The notes below the pieces were generated by a model that worked only from the letters and a program-made list of their open reading frames with translations, did not search any database and was not told the DNA's origin. This document shows, piece after piece, positions 45,922 through 55,695 of a stretch of 58,377 nucleotides of DNA. The first letter of the stretch is position 1. The number at the start of each line of letters is the position of its first letter. The stretch spans positions 1 to 58,377 of the forward strand of contig CAZAQK010000001.1 of the NCBI GenBank assembly GCA_964487265.1, written 5' to 3'. The position numbers and the translations under genes are program-made. Source of the stretch: an uncultured Rickettsiales bacterium (lineage in GTDB: Bacteria; Pseudomonadota; Alphaproteobacteria; Rickettsiales; SXRF01).

Positions 45922-48279
45922 CTAATTCCTCAGGGGCTTGCCCGTATCCAATATATGTTCAATACGCGCCAGTGAATCCTTGTGCTTCACCAGCTCCATG
46001 AAGGATTCGAACTCCAGGTCGAGCAACTGCTGTTCAGTCATTGCTTCCGACATATCGGTATCACCGCCGGAAAGCACTGTTGCCAAGTGCCGGCAAACCA
46101 CCACATCATGCGGTGTTGCCTTGCCTGCTGCCTTGAACCCATCCACCGCCATATTCATCGCAACTTTTGCTGATTTGCCCGGCAGGTGCAACGTGGCTTG
46201 TTCTGGCGTGACATAATCCTTCGCCATTTCCATGCAGCGCGCTTTTGCATCCGCCAGCACACGCACGCGGTTCATGGTGATACCATCGCTCTCACGGAGT
46301 ATTTTCATATCGCGCGCTTCTTCGGCAGAGAGGCCAACCTTCGCGGTCGCGATCGCTTCGAACACTTTGGTGATGGCAGGCATCGCACCACCCGTTGCCA
46401 TCAGGTTCCCGATCATGCCACCGGATGAGCCTTTCTTCTCGCCTAAATGCCGGATCAGCATTTCCTTACAGCCGCCCCACGCCGGGATCAGGCCCACGCC
46501 CACTTCCACAAGGCCGGGATAGGATTCGATATGCGCCTGCACTGCATTGGAGTGCAGCACAATTTCACACCCGCCCCCAAGCGCACGGCCAGTAAGCGAT
46601 GCCACCACCGGGAACGGTGCATATTTAAGCGCCATCACGGCGCGCTGACCGGCACGTATCACTTCGCCGATCTGCCCCCATGCCGCAATATTTGCTGCCA
46701 TCAATACGAAGCCAAGGTTTGCGCCTACGGAGAAATTATCCGCATCATTACCAACCACTAACCCTTTGAAATCCTGCTTCACAATGCCAATTGACTGCTC
46801 GATCATCGAAAGGATATCCGGATCAACTGAATTCATTTTTGAGGTGAGCTCCAGGCAGGCAATGCCATCTCCTAAATCCCAAAGCGATGCCGATGGATTT
46901 TTTGCAATCGGTTTGGCAGTAAGTTTGATATCAGACACCATAAGCGAACCATCCGGCGGGATGATCGCTTCATACTGCCCGCCAATGGTGAAGGCCTGAC
47001 GTTTGCCAGCTTCCGCACCATACAGTTTTTTGCCGCGCGCTTTTTCAATGATCGCTGGAACCGTTTTGCCATCGGCTTTCAGCTGGTCAGCAAACCAGTC
47101 TGCGCCCATGCGGTCGATCATCTCGAACGGGCCGTATTTCCAGTTATAGCCCATCTTCATCGCGCCATCGATATCGGCGATATGGTCAGAAATTTCTGGC
47201 ACCAGCGATGCTGCATAATGCAGCGTGCCAAGCAACACGCTTCTCGCATATTGCCCACCAATATCCTTGTGCGACATGAGTGGTGCCATGCCACCTTTTG
47301 CTGCTTCAATGCTCGCGAGCTCAACTTTTTTCGGCTGGGTGTAATACTCACCCGTTTGCAAATTGATGACTTCTTTTATTTTTTTGTCATCCACCTTGTT
47401 CACACGGTAAAAACCACCTTTGCCTTTGCGGCCGGTGTAGCCATCCGCGATCATTTTGGTGACCAGTGCTGGCTCCTGATACGCGGTGTTGAACGCATCT
47501 CTCGCCGGAAGCGTTGCTTTCATCTCACGCGCAATCAGCGGCATGAGGTCGATACCGATGAGGTCGAATAACCCGAACACACCGGTCTTTGGAATGCCAA
47601 CAGGCTTACCCATCACCGCATCTGCTTGCTCGACAGTGATGCCAAGGCGAATCGCTTCGGTTAAACCCAGCATCAGCCAGTACACGCCAATGCGATTGGC
47701 GATAAAGCCCGGCGTATCCTTGCAATGCACCACACCTTTGCCCAGATGCACATCGGCAAAATTGCAGATAGCATCAAATGCCGGCTTCTCGCACGCACCC
47801 TGCACCACTTCCAGCAGGCGCATATAGCGCGGCGGGTTGAAGAAATGGGTGATCATGAAATGCTTCTTGAAACCGTCAGAGAAGCCTTTGGTCAGCTCAT
47901 GCAGCGGAATGGTGGAAGTGTTGGAGGAAACCACCGCGTCAGCTTTGCGCACCGACTCGATCTTTTTATACACATCATGCTTCACTTCGAGTTTCTCGAG
48001 CACCACTTCGATGATCCAGTCGCAATCGGCAAGGAGCTTCAGGTCATCTTCCAGATTGCCGCAGGTGATGAGTTTGGCGCGGTCTTTATGGACAAACCCG
48101 GCAGGATTAGCTTTTAACTGTTTTTCTACAGCGGATTCAGTGAGTTGGTTGCGATTCGTGGCACCTTTTGGCACAATATCCAATAAAACCACTTTGGTGC
48201 CGGAATTGGCGATCTGGGCGGCAATCCCGCTACCCATGACACCCGAACCCAAAACCCCAACTTTTTTGATATTTGCCAT
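45922..48279 (-). CDS. 3-hydroxyacyl-CoA dehydrogenase / enoyl-CoA hydratase family protein (FadN-type domain order)
   Basis: 785 aa with the N-terminal NAD site VGVLGSGVMGSGIA, 3HCDH domains, and a crotonase-like C-terminal part. Confidence 0.9.
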   Translation of the reverse strand: MANIKKVGVLGSGVMGSGIAAQIANSGTKVVLLDIVPKGATNRNQLTESAVEKQLKANPAGFVHKDRAKLITCGNLEDDLKLLADCDWIIEVVLEKLEVKHDVYKKIESVRKADAVVSSNTSTIPLHELTKGFSDGFKKHFMITHFFNPPRYMRLLEVVQGACEKPAFDAICNFADVHLGKGVVHCKDTPGFIANRIGVYWLMLGLTEAIRLGITVEQADAVMGKPVGIPKTGVFGLFDLIGIDLMPLIAREMKATLPARDAFNTAYQEPALVTKMIADGYTGRKGKGGFYRVNKVDDKKIKEVINLQTGEYYTQPKKVELASIEAAKGGMAPLMSHKDIGGQYARSVLLGTLHYAASLVPEISDHIADIDGAMKMGYNWKYGPFEMIDRMGADWFADQLKADGKTVPAIIEKARGKKLYGAEAGKRQAFTIGGQYEAIIPPDGSLMVSDIKLTAKPIAKNPSASLWDLGDGIACLELTSKMNSVDPDILSMIEQSIGIVKQDFKGLVVGNDADNFSVGANLGFVLMAANIAAWGQIGEVIRAGQRAVMALKYAPFPVVASLTGRALGGGCEIVLHSNAVQAHIESYPGLVEVGVGLIPAWGGCKEMLIRHLGEKKGSSGGMIGNLMATGGAMPAITKVFEAIATAKVGLSAEEARDMKILRESDGITMNRVRVLADAKARCMEMAKDYVTPEQATLHLPGKSAKVAMNMAVDGFKAAGKATPHDVVVCRHLATVLSGGDTDMSEAMTEQQLLDLEFESFMELVKHKDSLARIEHILDTGKPLRN

Positions 48280-48424
48280 AGAGTTATATCCTTAATAAGG
48301 CTGCATTGGACTAGGATTAGCAGATTTTTTTAGCGGCGCATAGGGTAACTTCATGAAACCTTAACATAAAACCGGTAAATTTGCGTTAATATAAGTAGCA
48401 GTGAAGCGAAACAAAGGATTTCCT

Positions 48425-48823
48425 ATGGACAATGAAAAGCCAGTGCGCGGTAATCAGAAAATCGCCGTAGGCGGCGTGAATGTGCACATTATTCCGAAAA
48501 ACGGAACAGGGGTTGAGCTTGGCATTAACCAGAAAAGGGGTTTACAAGGCAAGGCGCAAGATGCAGCCTTTGCTGTTATTGCGCAAACCGCCAAAGAAAA
48601 GTTTGGTGACAGGGTAAAAGTAGAACACGGTCAGGGCTGGGAGGGTGCCCACGGGGTAAGGATACAATACACAGCCAAAGACAAGGCAACGGATCAAGAT
48701 TTGCCGGCTGTTACTATGGATGATGTAAAAACCATGCTGAATGAATTAAACGATCAATACCCCCGCAGGGCAGCACTGCACAAGGCAGCCAGACAATTAA
48801 GCGGGCAAAAGGGCCGAGGCTGA
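48425..48823 (+). CDS. hypothetical protein, 132 aa (paralogue 1)
   Basis: ATG at 48425 after AAAGGA. It shares a Q(K/R)xxxxGxxxVxxxxxxGxGV...K(R/G)G core and a C-terminal helix with the next ORF. Confidence 0.55.
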   Translation: MDNEKPVRGNQKIAVGGVNVHIIPKNGTGVELGINQKRGLQGKAQDAAFAVIAQTAKEKFGDRVKVEHGQGWEGAHGVRIQYTAKDKATDQDLPAVTMDDVKTMLNELNDQYPRRAALHKAARQLSGQKGRG

Positions 48824-48922
48824 ATTATGCTGTTCGGCAAGCCAGCGCACCGCTGCCATCGCTGAGCGTTTCAGGCAGAATGGCAAAGCCCATTAAGGTT
48901 GCCAGAACAGATATAGGGATTT

Positions 48923-49321
48923 ATGGGACTTTTCGATAGATTAAAAAAGAGAAAACAAGTTACCATTAATCCCAACGCGCCAAAACAACGTGTTTTTATT
49001 ATTGGTGATCTTGAGGTTTCTGTCCATCAACGTCATGGCGCAGGTGTTATTGCAGATCTGACTGTAAAAGGCGGCATAGAGCAGCAAAGGGAAGTGCTTT
49101 CTACTGCTATTCTCGGAAAACTATTCCCCGATTATCAATTTGATCAGAGCACTTCGGATACTGATCATGAAATATGTTTAACGTTTTCTGATCCCAACAT
49201 GTCATCCCTGGATACAGGTACACGCCATGATGCCGGTAAACCCGTTATCAGTTTTGACGCGGTGTTGAATGCGGCAGAAAGCGTTATCCAGCGATTCCAA
49301 CGCAGGCAAATTGGCGGCTAG
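48923..49321 (+). CDS. hypothetical protein, 132 aa (paralogue 2)
   Basis: Same length and a similar core (QRVFIIGDLEVSVHQRHGAGVIADLTVKGG) as 48425-48823. Its 3' end overlaps the fadA stop by 4 nt. Confidence 0.55.
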   Translation: MGLFDRLKKRKQVTINPNAPKQRVFIIGDLEVSVHQRHGAGVIADLTVKGGIEQQREVLSTAILGKLFPDYQFDQSTSDTDHEICLTFSDPNMSSLDTGTRHDAGKPVISFDAVLNAAESVIQRFQRRQIGG

Positions 49322-50442
49322 ATCTTCTCCAGCACGGTGGCCATACCCATACCACCACCCACGCACAGGCAGGAGAGTGCATATTTCTTACCGTGTTTGT
49401 GCAGCAATAGCGAAGCCTTACCTGTCACACGCGCACCAGATGCCCCCAGCGGATGGCCGATGGCAACCGCCCCGCCCTCCACATTGAGTTTTGCTGCATC
49501 AATACCGAGTTCTTTAATAACTGACATCGCCTGCACCGCGAATGCTTCATTCAGTTCCACAAAATCAATATCCGCCATGCTGATACCCGCACGCTTCAGT
49601 GCCTTGCGGCTTGCTTCCACGGGCCCAAGCCCCATGATCTCCGGCTCCAGGCCAGAAACCGCCATGCTTTTAATGCGGGCGAGTTTCGGCAGTTTGTGCT
49701 TATCAGCATAGGACTCACTGGCAACGATCACCACCGATGCACCATCGGTGACAGGCGAAGATGTCGCAGCCGTCACCGTACCGCTTGCATCAAATGCAGG
49801 CGCAAGTGTTGACATTTTTTCGAGGCTGGTATCGGCACGCACACACCCATCAACACTCACTGTTTCTTTTCTGTGGATGATCTGGATAAGCTCGCCTGAT
49901 ACATCAACTTTTGCAGCCTTTTGATGGCTATTCAGCGCGAATTTTTCCTGCTCAGCGCGTGCGATATTATATTTCTTGGCAAGGTTTTCCGCCGTGAGTC
50001 CCATCGATAAATAGGCATTGGGCATCACCTCATAGAGATCCGGATTCGGTGATGGGTTGAACCCGCCCATCGGCACACGAGACATGGATTCCACACCGGA
50101 AGCAATGAACAATTCACCCGAACCGCTAACAATTTTACCCGCCGCCATGTGAATAGCTTCCATGGATGAGCCACACCAGCGGTTAATAGTGGAACCGGCA
50201 ACCGTAAGCGGCAGGCCGGCAAGCAGCGCGGTCATGCGGCCAATATTGAATCCCTGCTCACCTTCAGGGAACGCGCAGCCAACGATCATGTCCTCAATGT
50301 CAGCAGTGTTAACTGGCGTTTTGGCCAGCACACCCTTTATCACCTGCGCAAGCAGGTCGTCTGGGCGCATTTTGGCAAGCTGGCCTTTATTAGCAGGAGT
50401 AAATGGCGAACGCCCATAGGCGCAGATTACTGCAGAGGTCAT
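49318..50442 (-). CDS. fadA: acetyl-CoA C-acyltransferase (thiolase I)
   Basis: 374 aa with the active-site Cys region INRWCGSSMEAI and C-terminal NVEGGAVAIGHPLGASGAR and CVGGGMG. Confidence 0.93.
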   Translation of the reverse strand: MTSAVICAYGRSPFTPANKGQLAKMRPDDLLAQVIKGVLAKTPVNTADIEDMIVGCAFPEGEQGFNIGRMTALLAGLPLTVAGSTINRWCGSSMEAIHMAAGKIVSGSGELFIASGVESMSRVPMGGFNPSPNPDLYEVMPNAYLSMGLTAENLAKKYNIARAEQEKFALNSHQKAAKVDVSGELIQIIHRKETVSVDGCVRADTSLEKMSTLAPAFDASGTVTAATSSPVTDGASVVIVASESYADKHKLPKLARIKSMAVSGLEPEIMGLGPVEASRKALKRAGISMADIDFVELNEAFAVQAMSVIKELGIDAAKLNVEGGAVAIGHPLGASGARVTGKASLLLHKHGKKYALSCLCVGGGMGMATVLEKI

Positions 50443-50511
50443 AGTAATTCCTTTCTGAAGCGATTATTTTGCCAAAAAACCCTTACTTTTTCGTTAGTTT
50501 TTAGGTAATAA

Positions 50512-50593
50512 GGTCGTCATTGCGAGCGAAGCGAAGCAATCCAGCTTAATCTGGATCGCCACGTCGGCCTTCAGCCTCCTCGCGATGACGAGG
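50512..50593. repeat. MITE-like palindromic element (GTCATTGCGAGCGAAGCGAAGCAATCCAG type)
   Basis: Terminal inverted repeats CGTCATTGCGAG / CTCGCGATGACG match at 11/12. There is an inner palindrome ATCCAG-cttaat-CTGGAT. It ends 4 nt before the ATG of the next gene. Confidence 0.75.
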
Positions 50594-50597
50594 AAAC

Positions 50598-51605
50598 ATG
50601 AGTACATACGAAACCGATATTGTCATTGTAGGTGCAGGCCCTGTCGGGCTTTTTGCCATTTTTGAAGCCGGCATGCTTAAAATGAAATGCCATGTGGTGG
50701 ATACGCTTGAAGCCATTGGCGGGCAGTGCGCGGCATTATACCCCGAAAAACCGATCTACGATATTCCGGCCTACCCTTCCATTATGGCAGCAGAACTCAT
50801 CAATCGCCTGGAAGAACAGGCTGAGCCTTTTGCGCCCGTTTACCATCTTGGCCAGCGTGTGGATAAAGTAGAAAGAACAGCATCAGGATTCACTGTGGAA
50901 ACCTCCACCGGAAACAGCATCACCTGCAAAGCCATAATAATAGCCGCAGGTTGCGGCGCATTCGGGCCGAACCGCCCGCCGCTGGAAAACTTGGAAAGTT
51001 ACGAAGGAAAAAGCGTATTTTACCTCGTGAACAAGCGTGAAGCCTTCCGCGGCAAAAAAGTAGTCATCGCCGGTGGCGGTGACTCCGCCGTGGACTGGGC
51101 GATATCGCTTTCCGAACTCACGGAAAAATTATACGTGGTGCACCGCCGTGATAAATTCCGCTGCGCGCCTGAAAGTGCGGAGAAAATGAAAGCACTTGCT
51201 GATTCCGGTAAGATCGAAATGGTCGTGCCATACCAGCTGCATAGTCTGGAGGGTAGCAATGGCCAGCTTTCTGCCGTGAATGTGGCAACGCTCGACGGGC
51301 AGGTAAAAAAGCTTGATGCGGATACGCTCCTTCCTTTCTTCGGCCTTGCCATGGAACTGGGGCCGATAGCCGATTGGGGGCTTAACCTCAACATGAACCA
51401 CATCACCGTGAAGCAATCTACCTGCGAGACCTCTGCGGCGGGCATCTTCGCTATTGGCGACATTGCGACTTATGAGAGTAAATTAAAGCTCATTCTTTCC
51501 GGCTTTTCAGAAGCCGCCTCTGCCTGCCATGCTGCCTATAAACTCGTGCATCCGAATGAGGCACTGCATTTCGAATATTCCACATCCAAAGGCGTTCCTG
51601 CATGA
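50598..51605 (+). CDS. thioredoxin-reductase-like ferredoxin-NADP(+) reductase
   Basis: 335 aa with [31 protein letters not shown] and [14 protein letters not shown]. Confidence 0.88.
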   Translation: MSTYETDIVIVGAGPVGLFAIFEAGMLKMKCHVVDTLEAIGGQCAALYPEKPIYDIPAYPSIMAAELINRLEEQAEPFAPVYHLGQRVDKVERTASGFTVETSTGNSITCKAIIIAAGCGAFGPNRPPLENLESYEGKSVFYLVNKREAFRGKKVVIAGGGDSAVDWAISLSELTEKLYVVHRRDKFRCAPESAEKMKALADSGKIEMVVPYQLHSLEGSNGQLSAVNVATLDGQVKKLDADTLLPFFGLAMELGPIADWGLNLNMNHITVKQSTCETSAAGIFAIGDIATYESKLKLILSGFSEAASACHAAYKLVHPNEALHFEYSTSKGVPA

Positions 51606-52459
51606 GCGCGAAAGTGATTGATGGCAAAGCATTCGCTGCAAATCTTCGCACTGACATTGCAAAGCGAGTTGCAAAACTCAAAGCCGAAAAAGGCATCACA
51701 CCCGGCCTTGCCGTAGTACTGGTGGGCAGTGATCCCGCCAGTGAAGTGTACGTAAAAAGCAAAGGTAAACAGACGCTGGAAGCTGGCATGAATTCCTATG
51801 AATTAAAACTGCCGGACACCACAACGCAGGCGCAACTCCTTGAAAAAGTGCATGAACTCAATAATAATCCACAGGTGCATGGCATATTGGTGCAGCTGCC
51901 TTTGCCCAAGCATATTAATGAAGATGCCATCATCAATGCCATCTCGCCGGATAAGGATGTGGATGGATTCCATGTGATAAATGCTGGCCGCCTTGCCACT
52001 GGCCAACAGGCATTTGTACCGTGCACCCCGCTTGGCTGTTTAATGCTGCTGAAAGATACGGTTGGAAATCTCGCGGGTAAACACGCAGTCGTCATTGGCC
52101 GCTCCAACATTGTGGGTAAACCTATGGCTGCTTTATTGCTGAAAGAAAGCTGCACGGTAACTATTGCCCATTCTAAAACGGCAAATCTGCCGGATGTAGT
52201 GAAACTTGCTGATATCGTGGTCGCCGCCGTTGGCCGCCCTGAGATGGTCAAAGGTGAATGGCTAAAGCACGGAGCCGTGGTCATCGATGTGGGGATAAAT
52301 CGGCTAAGCCTGCCAGATGGAAAGACAAAACTGGTGGGCGATGTCGATTATGAATCCTGCATTAGCGTGGCATCCGCCATCACACCAGTGCCCGGAGGCG
52401 TCGGCCCGATGACCATCGCCTGCCTGCTGGAAAATACGCTAAGAGCAGCAAATAGGTAG
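51602..52459 (+). CDS. folD: bifunctional methylenetetrahydrofolate dehydrogenase/cyclohydrolase
   Basis: 285 aa with [25 protein letters not shown] and PGGVGPMT. Confidence 0.95.
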   Translation: MSAKVIDGKAFAANLRTDIAKRVAKLKAEKGITPGLAVVLVGSDPASEVYVKSKGKQTLEAGMNSYELKLPDTTTQAQLLEKVHELNNNPQVHGILVQLPLPKHINEDAIINAISPDKDVDGFHVINAGRLATGQQAFVPCTPLGCLMLLKDTVGNLAGKHAVVIGRSNIVGKPMAALLLKESCTVTIAHSKTANLPDVVKLADIVVAAVGRPEMVKGEWLKHGAVVIDVGINRLSLPDGKTKLVGDVDYESCISVASAITPVPGGVGPMTIACLLENTLRAANR

Positions 52460-52553
52460 AAATATCAGTTAATTACCATATTTCATCATAACGTAATATT
52501 TCTATAATCAGTGTATGTTATGCTGATTCGGATATTTAATTCATGAGGATACT

Positions 52554-52931
52554 ATGAAAAAAACACGTGTAGTAGATAAACTCCCAGAATCAGTTAATGC
52601 CGTTATCCGCGATTTTAATGATAAGGTACGTGCATTGGATGAAGCCAATGGCGCAGAAACACCAACGACAATCGACTGGACAGACCTGGCCCGCGCTGCA
52701 ACCACTTATGCAAAAAGCGAAACGGCTGGTGCTCATGTAAGCCCTACTGCATTGCTGCAGGAAATGATGGCAGCTAAGCGTGCAATTCGCGAAGATCCGG
52801 CTAAGCCTGACTATATCACAGAAGGATTTCTGGATGATTTTGCTGCAGCTGTTGTTGATGCCGCACAAAGCAAAACAGCAGGAATTAATGCAAAGAAAGC
52901 CAGCGGCAACAGCGAAATGGTAAAGGGATAA
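52554..52931 (+). CDS. hypothetical protein (125 aa)
   Basis: ORF preceded by GAGGA in an AT-rich spacer. No recognisable motif. Confidence 0.45.
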   Translation: MKKTRVVDKLPESVNAVIRDFNDKVRALDEANGAETPTTIDWTDLARAATTYAKSETAGAHVSPTALLQEMMAAKRAIREDPAKPDYITEGFLDDFAAAVVDAAQSKTAGINAKKASGNSEMVKG

Positions 52932-52952
52932 AACTCAAAACTACTGAGTTTT
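52930..52952. terminator. hairpin AAAACTCA-aaactac-TGAGTTTT between convergent genes
   Basis: 8-bp stem at 52930-52937 / 52945-52952. The T-run is part of the stem. The 3' arm overlaps the last codons of mltG. Confidence 0.4.
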
Positions 52953-53930
52953 CTTCTGCCCGCTTAACACTTTCCGGTACTCACGCACAAACGCATTATG
53001 CTGGTTAAGCGTTTCCGAGAAGTTATGGCCACCGGTACCGGTTGCGACAAAATATAACTCCTTGGTTTCTGGCGGGTTCAGCACGGCCTCAATAGATGCA
53101 CGGCCGGGATTGGCGATCGGTGCCGGCGGCAGACCTTCATACATATAGGTGTTGTAACGCGAATCATATTTAAGGTCTGCGCTTGTAAGCGCACCTTTGA
53201 GTGGACCTTTATCTTTTTCCACGCCATATGCCACCGTCGGGTCAGATTGCAGTTTCATACCGCGATTCAAACGGTTGATGAACACCGCCGCCACACGCGG
53301 ACGTTCGGATTTCACGCCGGTTTCTTTTTCCACGATGGAAGCCAACACAATTGCCTCTTCTACCGTGCGTATGGGAAGGTTGGTTTTGCGCTTGGGCCAC
53401 AGTTCCGCAAGCAATGCCTGCATGGAAGCCTGCATGCGCTCCACGATCAACTGGCGGGAATCGCCATACGTATAATGATAGGTTTCTGGCAGCAGGAAGC
53501 CTTCCCTAAGTCCTTCCGGCACGCCACCTTCCAGCACAGGTTCTTCGGCAAGCAGCTCTTTGATTTCTGCAACAGTAAGACCTTCCGGAATGGTGATCTT
53601 GTGCACCACTACCTGGCCTTCAGCGATCATATCCATCACCAGTCGTGGGCTGATGCCTGCTGAAAATGCATATTCACCAGCTTTGAATTTACGGCCATCA
53701 CCAGTTGCAGCAGCAATTGCTTTAAACAAGATGGGTTGGGTTATCACACCCTTTTCCGCCATATGGTCAACGATGGCCTGGAAGCCCATGCCTTTGCGGA
53801 AAATGATGTTCGTGGGTTCAGGCAATGGCCCTGCTGAATCATAGTAATATTTGGTGTAGATGCCGGTTGCAGCACCGAGAATCGCAAGAAAAATGAGTAG
53901 GCTGGAAAATTTCTTCACAGCCCTTGGCAT
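52941..53930 (-). CDS. mltG: endolytic murein transglycosylase MltG (YceG family)
   Basis: ATG at 53930 overlaps the fabF stop by 1 nt (TGATG). It has an N-terminal TM helix, and the EASIVEKETG and GLPPAPIANPG motifs. Confidence 0.9.
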   Translation of the reverse strand: MPRAVKKFSSLLIFLAILGAATGIYTKYYYDSAGPLPEPTNIIFRKGMGFQAIVDHMAEKGVITQPILFKAIAAATGDGRKFKAGEYAFSAGISPRLVMDMIAEGQVVVHKITIPEGLTVAEIKELLAEEPVLEGGVPEGLREGFLLPETYHYTYGDSRQLIVERMQASMQALLAELWPKRKTNLPIRTVEEAIVLASIVEKETGVKSERPRVAAVFINRLNRGMKLQSDPTVAYGVEKDKGPLKGALTSADLKYDSRYNTYMYEGLPPAPIANPGRASIEAVLNPPETKELYFVATGTGGHNFSETLNQHNAFVREYRKVLSGQKKTQ

Positions 53931-55186
53931 CAGACGCGCTTGAACACTACTGATGCGTTGGTGCCACCGAATCCGAACGAGTTGGAAAGCGCAGCATCCA
54001 CTTTGCGTTGTTTTGCGGTGTGCGGCACGAGGTCGATGTCGCACCCTTCGGATGGGTCATCGAGGTTGAGTGTAGGTGGCACTGTATTATGCACTATGGA
54101 AAGCACTGCAAACGCCGCTTCCACAGCACCTGCTGCCCCAAGCAAATGGCCGATGGCCGACTTGGTGGAAGACATGGAAATTGTATTCGCCGCATCACCG
54201 AACAGGCGTTTTACTGCACCAAGTTCTATCTCATCACCCAGTGGCGTAGATGTGCCGTGCGCATTCACATAATCAACATCAGATGGGTTGAGGTTTGCGC
54301 GTTTGAGTGCTGCCTGCATAGCGCGGAACCCGCCATCGCCGCCCGGAGCCGGAGCAGTGATGTGATACGCATCACCCGATAAACCATAACCCACGATCTC
54401 AGCATAAATCTTTGCACCGCGTTTTTTCGCATGCTCATATTCTTCCAGCACCAGAATACCAGCGCCCTCACCCATCACGAAACCATCGCGGCCTTTATCC
54501 CATGGGCGGGAGGCTTTTTCCGGCGTGTCATTGTAGGATGTGGAAAGTGCGCGCGCCGCAGCAAACCCTGCAAGGCCGATGCGGCAGATGGTTGCTTCGG
54601 CACCGCCTGCAACCATAATATCGGCATCGCCAAATTGAATAAGGCGTGAAGCATCACCAATGGCGTGCGCGCCGGTGGAGCATGCCGTCACCACCGAATG
54701 GTTGGGGCCTTTGAAGCCGTATTTAATCGAAACCTGTCCGGAGGCTAAGTTGATAAGGCAGGCCGGAATGAAGAACGGGCTCACGCGGCGCGGGCCTTTT
54801 TCCTTCATCATCAGCACGGTTTCTTCGATCGCGTTCAGGCCACCGATACCAGAGCCGATCATCACGCCCGTGCGGAGTTTTTCCTCATCGCTTAAATTAG
54901 TGATGCCTGCATCTTCTACCGCTTCCGTTGCCGCACCAAAAGCAAAATGGATAAAATCATCCATCTTCTTCTGCTCTTTCACCTCAATGTAATTATCGGC
55001 ATTGAACTGGCCTGCTTCCAACCCACGCGGCACCTGCCCCGCGATACGCGCAGGAATATCAGACACATCAATACGGGTGATGGTGGATATGCCGGACTTT
55101 GAGGCGGTCAAATTATCCCACGTGGTTTTAACACCGCAACCCAGCGGTGTAACCAACCCCATACCTGTGATAACGACACGTCTCAT
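53930..55186 (-). CDS. fabF: beta-ketoacyl-ACP synthase II
   Basis: Start MRRVVITGMGLVTPLG at 55186, with active-site TACSTGAHAIG, HGTSTPLGD and SFGFGGTNA. The ORF-track start at 55249 runs into the hairpin repeat. Confidence 0.95.
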   Translation of the reverse strand: MRRVVITGMGLVTPLGCGVKTTWDNLTASKSGISTITRIDVSDIPARIAGQVPRGLEAGQFNADNYIEVKEQKKMDDFIHFAFGAATEAVEDAGITNLSDEEKLRTGVMIGSGIGGLNAIEETVLMMKEKGPRRVSPFFIPACLINLASGQVSIKYGFKGPNHSVVTACSTGAHAIGDASRLIQFGDADIMVAGGAEATICRIGLAGFAAARALSTSYNDTPEKASRPWDKGRDGFVMGEGAGILVLEEYEHAKKRGAKIYAEIVGYGLSGDAYHITAPAPGGDGGFRAMQAALKRANLNPSDVDYVNAHGTSTPLGDEIELGAVKRLFGDAANTISMSSTKSAIGHLLGAAGAVEAAFAVLSIVHNTVPPTLNLDDPSEGCDIDLVPHTAKQRKVDAALSNSFGFGGTNASVVFKRV

Positions 55187-55197
55187 AAGTGTGGCTC

Positions 55198-55266
55198 GGT
55201 GGCTTGGTGGCTCGGTGACTTGGTGGTTCTTACTGAGCCACCTGGTCACTCAGTCACCTAGTCACT
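55198..55266. repeat. hairpin with octamer-periodic arms (GGTGGCTY / AGTCACCT units)
   Basis: Arms 55198-55226 / 55238-55266 give 21 Watson-Crick pairs + 5 G-T of 29, with an 11-nt loop. It fills the acpP-fabF spacer. Confidence 0.85.
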
Positions 55267-55267
55267 A

Positions 55268-55510
55268 TTAAGCTGCTTTAGCGTGGCTTTGGATGTAGTT
55301 CACTGCATCCTGAAGGGTCAGGATCTTTTCAGCAGCATCATCAGGGATTTCGATGTTAAATTCTTCTTCAAACGCCATAACCAGCTCTACGGTGTCGAGA
55401 CTGTCTGCGCCCAGGTCATCGATAAAGCTTGCTTCTAAAACCGCTTTGGCTTCATCAACGCCGAGATGTTCAACAACAATCTTCTTCACGCGTTCTGCAA
55501 TATCACTCAT
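55268..55510 (-). CDS. acpP: acyl carrier protein
   Basis: [12 protein letters not shown]... with the [15 protein letters not shown] phosphopantetheine site. AAGGA lies 7 nt upstream of the ATG at 55510. Confidence 0.95.
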   Translation of the reverse strand: MSDIAERVKKIVVEHLGVDEAKAVLEASFIDDLGADSLDTVELVMAFEEEFNIEIPDDAAEKILTLQDAVNYIQSHAKAA

Positions 55511-55627
55511 GGTGTTCATCCTTGATAGTTAATAATCTCAACGAGCGGCAGACAATAACCAACCTGCCTGAAACGTCAAGTGATTGATTGGGGTTAGCAT
55601 AAGCGTTTGTGTTTGTGAAGGAAAATA

Positions 55628-55695
55628 GTGTGCGTGTGGGTGTGAGTGCGGGTGATTTATACTTTCTTCACCCACACCCGCACCAGCACTGCCAC
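55628..55695. repeat. hairpin with ~8-nt periodic GT-rich / CA-rich arms
   Basis: Arms 55628-55655 / 55668-55695 give 20 Watson-Crick pairs + 2 G-T of 28, with a 12-nt loop. It lies in the fabG-acpP spacer. Confidence 0.8.

Noticed and set aside
55187-55249. N-terminal extensions offered by the ORF track: fabF to 55249, fabG to 56546, fabD to 57583, mltG to 54044, DPPRS to 13620, mlaD to 15729, GNAT to 1609.
   Set aside because: The extensions run through repeat elements or overlap upstream genes. The canonical family N-termini begin at internal Met codons, several of them with visible Shine-Dalgarno sequences.
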